Below are positions 54,030 to 64,000 of a stretch of 64,000 bases of DNA, in pieces (within the stretch, counting starts at the first letter, position 1; every line of letters starts with the position of its first letter). Source of the DNA: Tubiluchus corallicola. Lineage: Eukaryota; Animalia; Priapulida. Below the pieces are notes generated by a model that ran no database searches, had not been told where the DNA came from, and saw only the letters and a list, made by a program, of their open reading frames with translations. The stretch covers positions 1-64,000 of the forward strand of contig JAQGDQ010001015.1 of assembly GCA_030141605.1 (NCBI GenBank), in the 5' to 3' direction. The position numbers and the translations under genes were made by a program.

Positions 54030-54370
54030 GGTAACTCCTAAAATTGTCAAAGAACTTGGCATTAATGCAGCGAACAATAATAAAGCTTATACTTACGGCT
54101 ATATAAGGAGAGGTCCCTCTACAATCGAGAATAATAGAAGTCTGACTTCTTGACTATCTCCCAAAATTGACAAAGAAATTGACATTCTAAAAATCAGTCG
54201 AGATTTCTTCATCAATCTAATACAGTGAATAATATTAGAGCTCACACTTACGGCTATATAAGGAGAGGTCCCTCTCGCAAATACTCGATAGACAATCGTG
54301 AAGTCTTGACTTCTTGACTATCTCCTAAAATTGACAAAGAAATTGACATTCTAAAAAATCAGTCAAGATA
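54030..54370. promoter_or_regulatory. Duplicated ~155-bp TATA-containing module in the Polinton intergenic spacer
   Basis: acttacggcTATATAAGgagaggtccctct has its TATA at 54100 and 54255, each followed by gacttcttgactatctcc.aaaattgacaaagaaattgacattctaaaaa. Confidence 0.6.
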
Positions 54371-54999
54371 TTATAAAAATATTATAATTCACACCCTTAT
54401 GTTGTATTAAAGCATTAAAAATTTTTATACTCAGTATTAGAGGCAGAGATGTATTTTCTCGCAAATCAGATACTACAGATTCTGCAAGACTAACCTGAGA
54501 AAGTAATTAACGAAGGTTTGGCTAATACTAGCTGAAAGCGATGAACAGGTGCCAAAATGATAAGGCTTAATCTTTAGTTGTATAGGCGACTTTCTAATTT
54601 GAATTACAACAGAAAAGACTTCTTTCATTTACAATTCCCTGGGAAAATTTTCTCTTCGCAAGATGATAATGATGATTAGAGATCATTATGAGATTTTCTA
54701 GTAGTTGGACCGATCTCGAATTAAGATCACGATTTAGCGAAGCTTATTTTAATTTCCGCATGATCATCGAAACTAATATATTTTTTTTAAAAAAAACTGG
54801 TTAATGTTGAGACGCACTAACGAAATTAGACGTCATTTAGCCAAAAAACCCTTCTAACTGTAATTTAAGAGGGGACATTTGCTAATTTTTTTTCAAATAA
54901 AAGAGTGGGTTCCACGAATGTTCAGACAACATAGCCGCTGCAGCAGAAGCAGCAACAACAAGAGCAGCGTCAGTCAGTCAAACAGTCATAGAGATCATC

Positions 55000-56251
55000 A
55001 TGTCTTCAAATAGTGCTACTGTTTTAGTTATCACTACTGTAGCGAATAATCAAGGTGTCAACGAAAATGGTTTTAACGAAAACGAGGAAGTATATAGAAG
55101 TGAAAATTTCAAAGTGGCCATGCGTCGATGTTCTTTGTTTGACGATCATCAGGTGAGTTTAACTAAATACATCTTTCTTTCTTTCTGTTTTGTGTTATAT
55201 AATGTTCTTCAATGAATATAAAAGCGTTTACTGATCAATGCCTCCCCATTTACTTGCAGATTTACCTGGCGAGGGGTGGCTCCATTACGCAGAGTCGCGA
55301 CGACGATGTATTGACATTAGTCAGCAGCATACTCGTGGGCATGGAATTTATACTCACTCTTCTGGAATGTATGAGCTCTATGGATTTGGAAAAAAGTATA
55401 ATGGCCTCTTTTCTTGCCGGTTTGGATGCGCACACGATTGATGAAAGATTTCCGGGGCCATACCATTGGCAGTTATCGAATACGTTCACGGTTCACGTGA
55501 ATTGCGACTGTCTAGGCACAAATGCTCGTATTTTATTGCAAAAATATAATTTTTCAAACGACATTGGAAATATTCGATTCGAACGTAGATCACAAAATTC
55601 GATTTGCCTTTAGAAAAATGCAAGAGGATTTTTTACCTCAACACGGGCTGGCAACAATAAACAAAATAGAGTGTCCATTGGCCTCGTTAGCCACGCTAGC
55701 AGCGGCGGTGGCAGAACCGGCACCTTTCAAATCACCGTTCACGATTCATCCTTGCAAAGGGAATTATGTTTCAGTAGGAGGTCTTTTGCACAGCAAAATT
55801 TCATTTGGCAAATGACAGGTGATCGGGCACTCAACTTTAGCATAGTTACCACAAGTAAGGCTCACGCCGTACGAGTATGAACAATTATTTTTGAAAAAAA
55901 AACCGTTTTGAAAAAAACGAAAAAAAAGCATTTCGTTCTATATTGCTAAACGAGAAGAACATAGAACATAGAATTTTGCCTAGGGCAGGACAGATGCGCA
56001 TGATCGGTAGCGCCATCTTATCCAACACGCTACGTCACCGCACCCTTGACGAGCTCGAAGCAAGTGGCAGGTGTACATTTTTCGACATTAGTCTATCGAT
56101 GAAGGTAGCCATCTGGAATGGCATTGTATTCATATACGAATTTAATGCTCCCAGTGGATTTGCATGTGATGGTTTCCACACATACCTCGAACCATTGCAA
56201 TTTAGACTACTCATGGGCGAGCACGTCAGAAACTTAATAAAATCTCAATGA
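55000..56251 (+). pseudogene. Spliced Polinton accessory gene with repeated PC4-like (ssDNA-binding) segments, frameshifted
   Basis: ATG 55000 follows TCAGT Inr-like repeats. Phase-0 intron 55153-55259 (GTGAGT...ctgat...ttgcag) joins two open frames. WQLSNTFTVHVN..RILLQKY..NSICL and IHPCKGNYVSV resemble PC4-fold repeats. A second intron is possible at about 55875-55983. Confidence 0.45.
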
Positions 56252-57267
56252 ACCCGTAAACGCAGTAGAGAAGAGAGTGCTGCATTGAGATTTGATCAAG
56301 AACAATTAGCAGCTGGATCCCATCAGACGGCGTGCTCCTGTAGACGCCGTATCGAGTTTCGTGACGATGACAACAATGACGGTGGCGCCAGCTGTAGCGG
56401 TGGTGCTGCTGCTGCTGCCACTGGCGATGTTAATCACGACGAGGGTTTCGGCGATGATTATGGTGACAACGATCTTGACTAATTTGATGTCGACGTGCTA
56501 ATGGAAGAGGATAATGGAGAGTGCAATCATGATGATGATGATGATGATGACGGTTTTGCTATCGATGACGATGTCAAAGATCGCCGCAACGCTACGACTA
56601 AAACGACGCTACTGCCCCTGGCGCTACCACCACTGCCACCGAGACTGCAACACCACAATGTCGACATTCAGGTCATGCCTGCTAGCAAGATGTCACCAGC
56701 AACAACGGCAACAAGGATCATGGGTCCCCCATCCAACGTCGCCACCGTCAACCCGAGGAAAGCACCTCGCCAGGATAAAGATAAATGAATATTCTTTTTA
56801 TAAAAAGTAAAAGCACTTCTGTCAATTTAATCTATTAGTAAAGCGTCTCTGTTAGTTTAAACAAACGTAATTTGAAAAAAAAACAAATGTAGATGCATCT
56901 TTTCTTATTTTAAACCGATAGAAAGAAATATATGGATAAATGTAGATTTGATGTAATTCATTTCAAAAAAAGCATCACTGTACATGTGCCTTTTCTTTTT
57001 TGTAATCTAGTCCAGATAAAAGAAAAAAATTAAAAAATTGTAAGTTAAAAATGAAAAATATGGATAAATGAACGTTCATTCTATTTAATTCCAAAAAAGT
57101 AACGCCGTAAATGAATCTCTTTTGACGATCAAACAAAAATGTACATCTTTCAATAATAGAAATATACAAAATATACCTGTCTAAATATTACATGGATTAG
57201 CACATGACTCACATTATATTTTTTTCATCACCAGTAATGCCCGAACATTGTACATAGTGTTTCTCTA

Positions 57268-58130
57268 CTTTAAAGGAAAGGATTTTGATTTTTCATATCT
57301 TACACCATTTTGAATTACTTTTAAAAATACATTTTAACACGTGCAATAGCACCAAACCGATTCCGCGAAAAGTTAAGTGCAGTGGAAAACTTAAATAAGA
57401 CGTTAAAAACTTAATAAATGGTAGGCGAGCCCAGCGCTAGTGAAGACATCACAAACTAACATTATTTTCAACTGCACAAATATTCCACATGTTTGGGAAA
57501 ACAATGAACATTGAAGTTCAACGCTATTGTATAACATTATTTGCGATACACAAAAACAATGCAAATCTTAAGTTTAGAAATCAGACTCAAGTTTACTGCT
57601 GTGTTCACCCGGTCACTATTTTACCCGGTCAACATGGTTTGACTTTGAGTAGATAATTCGCTATATTCCTGCTGTCTAACACATAAAAACTTCAAGGTAA
57701 GTCATCGTCTGCAAATCCATAAGCCACTCTAATCCCAGAGAAAGTTCAGCAAGTATTTTAAGTGAAGGAATTACATTTACGGTGCTCTGTATCAGCCATT
57801 ATGGGAGCTTTAAAGGAAGACAGGATGGTTTTTCATAATTATTCACCCCGTTTTCAAGTCCGATACATTTTAACACAGAAAATACATTTAATACTGAAAA
57901 ACGGTTTGTAATAATGAATAGATTAAAAATTTAATTAATAGCGGGCGAGCCTAGCTATTGATGACATCACAAACTAACATAATTCTCAACAGCAAAAATA
58001 TTCCATGAGCGTGTTGCTCGTGTTTGCGAAAACGAAAACATTGCTACTGTAAGATATTCAGTGTGTTGTACTAAAACTAGGCAAGTTTTAAGATAAAAAT
58101 TCAAATTTCAAATTTACCGCTGTGTTCGCG
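57268..58130 (+). repeat. Two diverged tandem copies (~540-bp spacing) of a MITE-like end starting TTAAAGG (Kolobok-like)
   Basis: ctttaaagga near 57268 and 57808, each followed by ggcgagcc.ag..gacatcacaaactaacat and tttac.gctgtgttc. Confidence 0.5.
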
Positions 58131-59899
58131 TATGAGCTGCCAAACGTGTTCAATACATCACAAATTAACACATGTGAATTTAGAGGTACATCACCTGTTT
58201 TTTGCGTTTCCGAAATGCAGACACTAGTGCCCAACTAACTAGCGATTGGCAAAATGCACGTAACAGTGAAGAACTAGTGGCGTGAATATGAAATTGTTTT
58301 TGCGTGGTAATAATTCTTTTACGTAAGTCATTTTTTGAAGAAAATAGTATGTTTCTTTTCAGTATTTTAAAGACTAGATTGTTTTGACCTACAGTGTAAG
58401 AGTTAGCCCAGTTTTTCTTTAAATCTCTATTGTTACCTGTGCGAAATCAAACTTATTATCAATAAATATATAAGCTTTATATAATCCTTATCTGCCCAGT
58501 AATCAGCATTAGGTTTTCACAGTCATTATCTAATTAATGACATTATTAATTACAGCTAATTAGTTTGCATTTGTTTTGTAGCTTATTTCAGTCCTGTCTG
58601 CATTGTCAGAGTTGCCAAATATCTGCGGTTATGCCCAGGTTTACAAAAGACAAATCAAAAATCAAAATTAAGACAAAATTTATAGTCTTTAGCTACGTTT
58701 TAATGTTCTTTACGTTAATTGGAATTGACACATTTTTCTGATCAACAAGTGGTTAATTTTAGTTTAATCCTTTTATTTTACTAGGCGTATTGTTGCTTTA
58801 TAAATACCATGGCGAATGTCTTAAACTGCAGATACCAGCATTTCTCTCACATGCCAGAAAAAGGCTGTTAGATTCTGAAGCTTTATTCTCAGATAACATC
58901 TCACTGTTCGCATAGCGCAGGTAAAATTTACTTAATGACAGATCAATTTCAGACAAAGCTTCTCTGTACATCAACAAAAATGTTAACCCCCTTGACTATG
59001 CATGAACAAAGGTGTTTATCAGACTTAAAGCTGCTTATCTGTAGAATGATTGCCAGAAATTATCCTAATATCTTTTTAAACGCACTGAACACCAGACTGA
59101 CACAAATCCTAGCAATTTAAGCAGATTATCTTTGTAAGAGAAAGTCGGCGTCTATTCTGTACATCAGAAATTACCCTTTTTCACTAGACTATGCAGAACG
59201 CATCAACAAAGCAGTTAGTCGGATAACTAACAGAATTCATTCAGCTGCTCAGAAATCGCCTGACAAAAAGAACTTTACAAACGCGCATTTACTAACTGAA
59301 AACCCAGAGCTAATAATTATTGTTTGACTTAAGAAAAGTTCCCGACTTTTAACAATCAAATTTCAATGTTTATCACACCCCCGTCATTCTTTTGCTTGTT
59401 TTTCTAGATTACGGCACAATTTAAGCACAATTTATATCCCTCAAATCGCTCGTTATCCCTTAAACAGTTAATTTTTTTACTCTTTAATTTTGATTTGAAA
59501 CACTCTTTCACCTTTCTCTAATAGTAAGGGTAGAGGACAGGGAGGGAGGCTCATGAGTGGAATGCGCAAGTGCCTCTCTTGACCGAAATCTGCTAATGTC
59601 ATATAAATGGAGGGCTTCGTATTTGATTTTATGTCAAATGCAAAGAAGATTTTTCTACAGTCATACAAGACTTATTGTAATTTGACAATGATACACCAAT
59701 GTCATGATTAAGCATCTCATTATCCCAGCGTCCAAAGCTGGTGATTGAGGGACTTAAGATTTCAAAGCTTTTTTGTTTACTGCTTGTGGCTAGAGTGCAG
59801 GCGGTAATGACAGCTCAATTTACAAACACGACTCGCCCGTCTCAACAACAAAAGCTTAACTATACGTCTTCTCTTCCTGAGAAAATTTCCTCCTTAATG

Positions 59900-60100
59900 A
59901 AACGTTGTTCCTTGTGGCACTCCACTGGCAATCATCTGGTAAAAGCTGAGGCAATCCAAGCATGTATACGACCACGTACACAATATTTAAAAAAAATCAA
60001 AGCATAAAACCTTGTGTGTGACCACAGTCCAGAAATTAACACCAGCATAACTGTCCTGTATGGGCGAGCTTCAGAACTGGTGAGGTACAACGTGACGACG
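59900..60100 (-). mobile_element. Short LINE RT remnant
   Basis: VRGRIHAWIASAF and IASGVPQGT in adjacent frames. Confidence 0.5.
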
Positions 60101-60999
60101 GAGTTTGTTGTAATTCTCATGGTTCTGCTGGCAAGGACTGAGAACATAGGTTAGGTATTAAGTCTTTTTATTGTAACTCAGGTAAAGGAGAAGCACTGAG
60201 ATGGTAAAATGATGACTAAGCATCTTATATTCAAATTTATACCATAAAATTATTTATATTACTCGCCAACAATATAAATAAATTTAAGAAATTTTTGAGA
60301 AAAATTAACTTGAAATTTTACTTGAAAACGTGTGACATGATAAATCGAATAACATGCAAATATTTGTTATCATAATTATATACTTCCACTACACTAATTA
60401 AGTGTTCATCCTTTTACCTGGTCTTTTGCTTTACTTGCTCATATTTGTGTGTTTTTTAATGTATTAAGCGAGTATTCTTTATTTTTAGTTGTAATTTTGC
60501 ATTATACGTTACGTATTTTATGTTTTTAATGGACATATAAGTCACTTTATCTTCTGTTAATTATCAATTTGGTCTGTCTATTATAAATAATAAATGTTTA
60601 TAAAAAAGTAATAAATAAAAACAGGTATATCATGAATAAAACAAATAGCTTGCGCTCGCCTTATCTGTGGCAAAGTGTGATACTAATGTCAGTAACCGTT
60701 TTTTCTGTGACCCCAACATTACTGATCACTGAAATACTAAAAATTGAGAATGACATAGATGACTAGCATTTATTTGTATATTGTGATCAAACAACCCAAA
60801 ATTTAATAATATAATAATCGTGGATGATAAGTTTATCTGAAAGATTCAATATTAGCAATAACCAAACTTACATCACAAAAAGAAAAAGTACATATAAATA
60901 AATGAAAATACCAAAGAAATAGTTGATGAAAGATGTCATTACATTCAACGTACTAGCTAACAAATATCAATGGAAACTGGTTAGGTTCGTCTGACTTAC

Positions 61000-61062
61000 G
61001 TACCAACAGCCAGGCATCTGACCACGAACCCAGAAGTGCAGAGCCTAAATATAAGACTAATG
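61000..61062 (-). other. Candidate 63-bp symmetric (phase 1-1) exon encoding a signal-peptide-like segment
   Basis: Acceptor tttctatttgtag, donor GTAAGT, translation LVLYLGSALLGSWSDAWLLV. Partner exons not identified. Confidence 0.3.
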
Positions 61063-61131
61063 CTACAAATAGAAATCAAGCAACAATTAGTATTCAAGTG
61101 TCAAGAGGAACTTGCAAAACCTTTAAGAAAA

Positions 61132-62655
61132 TAGCAATACTTTTAAGCTTTAGTGAATTAACGATTATACGATCCTTCAGGTCACTAGCAACACTTCTGA
61201 ACTTTACTGAATTAACGATTATACGTCCTTCAGCTCACTAGCAACACTTCTAAGCTTTACTGAATTAACGATTATACGATCCTTCAGGTCACTAGCAACA
61301 CTTCTGAGCTTTACTGAATTAACGATTATACGATCCATCAGGTCACTAGCAACACTTCGAAGCTTTACTGAATTAACGATTATACGATCCTTCAGGTCAC
61401 TAGCAACACTTCTGAGCTTTACCGAATTAACAATTATACGATCCTTCAGTCACTAGCAATACTTCTGAACTTTACTGAATTAACGATTATACGATCCTTC
61501 AGGTCACTAGCAATACTTCTGAACTTTACTGAATTAACGATTATACATCCTTCAGCTCACTAGCAACACTTCTAAGCTTTACTGAATTAACGATTATACG
61601 ATCCATCATGTCACTAGCAACACTTCTAAGCTTTACTGAATTAACGATTATACGATCCTTCAGGTCACTAGCAACACTTCTAAGCTTTACTGAATTAATG
61701 ATTATGCGATCCTTCACGTCACTAGCAATACTTTTGAACTTTACTGAATTAATGATTATGCGATCCTTCAAGTCACTAGCAACACTTCTGAACTTTACTG
61801 AATTAATGATTATGCGATCCTTCAAGTCACTAGCAATACTTTTGAACTTTACTGAATTAACGATTATACGTTCCTTCAGGTCACTAGCAACACTTCTGAG
61901 CTTTACTGAATTAACGATTATACTATCCTTCAGGTCACTAGCAACACTTCTGAACTTTACTGAATTAATGATTATGCGATCTTTCAAGTCACTAGCAACA
62001 CTTCTGAACTTTACTGAATTAACGATTATACGATCCTCCAGGTCACTACCAATACTTCTGAACTTTACTGAATTAACGATTATACGATTCTTCAGGTCAC
62101 TAGCAACACTTCTGAGCTTTACTGAATTAACGATTATACGATCCTTCAGGTCACTAGCAATACTTCTGAGCTTTACTGAATTAACGATTATACGAGCCTT
62201 CAGGTCACTAGCAACACTTCTGAGCTTTACTGAATTAACGATTATACGATCCTTCAGGTCACTAGCAATACTTCTGAACTTTACTGAATTAACGATTATA
62301 CGATCCTTCAGGTCACTAGCAATACTTCTGAACTTTACTGAATTAACGATTATACGATTCTTCAGATCACTAGCAATACTTCTGAACTTTACTTAATTAA
62401 CGATTATACGATCCTTCAGGTCACTAGCAACACTTCTGAATTTTACTGAATTAACGATTTACGATCCTTCAGGTCACTAGCAACACTTCTGAGCTTTACT
62501 GAATTAATGATTATACGATCCTGCAGGTCACTAGCAACACTTCTGAACTTTACTGAACTAACGATTATATGATTCTTCAGGTCACTAGCAACACTTCTGA
62601 ACTTTACTGAATTAACGATTATACGATCCTTCAGGTCACTAGCAATACTTTTACT
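61132..62655. repeat. 54-bp minisatellite, about 28 copies
   Basis: Unit ttactgaattaacgattatacgatccttcaggtcactagcaacacttctgaact (for example starts at 61741 and 61795). Highly homogeneous, with no spacers. Confidence 0.97.
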
Positions 62656-62880
62656 AGGAATACTATTATTCCGGGTTTGAATAAATGTGCAAAACTGAGT
62701 CAGAATATTGTTAATTACAGAAAACATAATAGATACTGCAACTTCGAACTTTTGCACATAACATTAGATTATCATATATATATATATGTTTAGCTTTAAA
62801 ATTCGGAAAAGTGTATTAATGTGTGCGTTACAATTACCCTAAGAAGATTGGAAAACAAACTGCCGAGTGAACATTAATAG

Positions 62881-63864
62881 ATGACTACCATGTTTCGTGC
62901 AACAAGTTGTAAATCTTTATTCACTCTACAGAATTTTTATAGCGTTATTAAATTCATATCAGCGAGAGTTGCAATTAGTGGAGCCATTTTCTGTCTAAAT
63001 GTTGACTGGAGTCCAGTAAAACCTTTAGCACCTCACAATTCTGATGAAATCTTATTATTACAATATGGCGGAACAACATTTGACAATAGATCACTTGTTG
63101 ATCACATAAGAAATCACTGGTTGATCGGACCTCCTGCAGAACCATCATCTGGTGTTGTGGCAGATAAATCTCTGTTCAACATGTCATCTGTGGTTGACAA
63201 ATTGCTAAAGCAAAGGAAAGGTGGATTTTTTGTGGAATGTGGTGCTGCTGATGGAACTGAATCTAATTCTCGTTTATTTGAAAGGAATCGGGGCTGGACT
63301 GGTCTTCTAATTGAACCAAACCCAAAATTATTCAAAACTTTGTTAAATGAAAAACGCAATGCATATTTTATAAACGCTTGTTTAAGTCCAAATGAAAAGT
63401 CAGATAAACTGAGTTTTACAGCAGCTGCTTTAGTTGGTGGCTTGAGAAACCCGATGGATCCAAATCGAGACAAACGAATCAAGAGATGGTTTAGAGGTTT
63501 TGCAGAAATAGAAACTGTTCAATGTTTCTCACTTTACTCTATAATGCTAGCACTTGGTAAAAGCCACATTGATTATTTCTCTTTGGACATAGAAGGTGGT
63601 GAGTTTTTAATATTAGAAACTATACCTTTTGATAAACTCACTATAGATATATTCACTATAGAGTATGCATCATCGAATGAGATTGACCGAGACATAGAAT
63701 GGACCTTGACAAGATTGAACAGCCTTCGTAATTTTATGGAAAAAACAGGATTTTATAAGGAAGTGGCAATTGTTCCACCTGGTGATGAGGAACGTGGACA
63801 TGACGTAATATTTCTGCGTAAAGATGCTATGCGCAAATTGCACAAAGTAACATATGATAGCTAG
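62881..63864 (+). CDS. Star-like FkbM family (Methyltransf_21) SAM-dependent methyltransferase, single exon, 327 aa
   Basis: GGFFVECGAADG..SNS..FER..GWTGLLIEPNP; NACLSP; VQCFSLYSIMLALG...IDYFSLDIEGGEF.IL.TIPFDK..ID.FTIEY. Weakly hydrophobic N-terminal segment. Intact ORF. Confidence 0.92.
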   Translation: MTTMFRATSCKSLFTLQNFYSVIKFISARVAISGAIFCLNVDWSPVKPLAPHNSDEILLLQYGGTTFDNRSLVDHIRNHWLIGPPAEPSSGVVADKSLFNMSSVVDKLLKQRKGGFFVECGAADGTESNSRLFERNRGWTGLLIEPNPKLFKTLLNEKRNAYFINACLSPNEKSDKLSFTAAALVGGLRNPMDPNRDKRIKRWFRGFAEIETVQCFSLYSIMLALGKSHIDYFSLDIEGGEFLILETIPFDKLTIDIFTIEYASSNEIDRDIEWTLTRLNSLRNFMEKTGFYKEVAIVPPGDEERGHDVIFLRKDAMRKLHKVTYDS

Positions 63865-64000
63865 TATTGTTTTTACCAAAATTATTTTTGAGATTTTGAC
63901 ATCATTTTATTCAGTTTCCATTATTGTCCCCATCATCACTATTATCATCGCCATTGTCGTCGCCCTGAGCGACTGGAAAGTCATTAACCTGGTTGTGCAC

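Larger units (their letters stand above)
51110..56800. mobile_element. Decayed Polinton/Maverick (adintovirus-like) element segment with two divergent genes
   Basis: pPolB-like gene on minus, PC4-like gene on plus, and a repeat-containing AT-rich spacer between. No TIRs, integrase or capsid genes seen. Confidence 0.75.

Noticed and set aside
61132-62655. CRISPR array, or a 262-aa leucine-rich-repeat/BspA-like protein (61608..62396)
   Set aside because: Units are contiguous with no unique spacers and no cas genes, and the context is eukaryotic. The plus-strand ORF starts and stops at point mutations inside the array.
62881-63864. Recent bacterial horizontal transfer or contamination of the intronless FkbM gene
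   Set aside because: Motifs match the animal Star-like subfamily (VQCFSLYSIMLALG, TIPFDK), base composition matches the flanks, and there is no operon context.
63114-63879. Minus-strand ORFs over the methyltransferase
   Set aside because: Antisense shadows without independent evidence.

Overview
AT-rich, repeat-dense eukaryotic DNA, most likely from an invertebrate animal (GT-AG introns, microsatellites, LINEs, solo LTRs). It is not prokaryotic and has no CRISPR array or rRNA. Recognisable host genes: the last two exons of a WSCD-family sulfotransferase (39-266, 1627-1994, +), an intronless GT10 alpha-1,3-fucosyltransferase (44809-45978, -), an intronless Star-like FkbM methyltransferase (62881-63864, +), and two decayed copies of a DUF1647-like putative glycosyltransferase exon (about 41.5-43.4 kb, -). 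All of these are known or plausible Golgi glycan-tailoring enzymes, which is the most interesting pattern here. Mobile DNA: a 4.4-kb CR1/L2-type LINE with a 2A-like motif behind a Cys-rich leader; a decayed Polinton/Maverick-like element (51.1-56.8 kb) whose pPolB-like and PC4-like genes carry frame-preserving spliceosomal introns; a second Polinton-like fragment (14.4-15.8 kb); three probable solo LTRs; Penelope-like hammerhead remnants; several LINE fragments; a 54-bp x about 28 minisatellite; and a shuffled multi-module repeat mosaic over 5.5-34.5 kb. All family assignments come from motif recognition by eye, not database searches. Boundaries of decayed elements are approximate.
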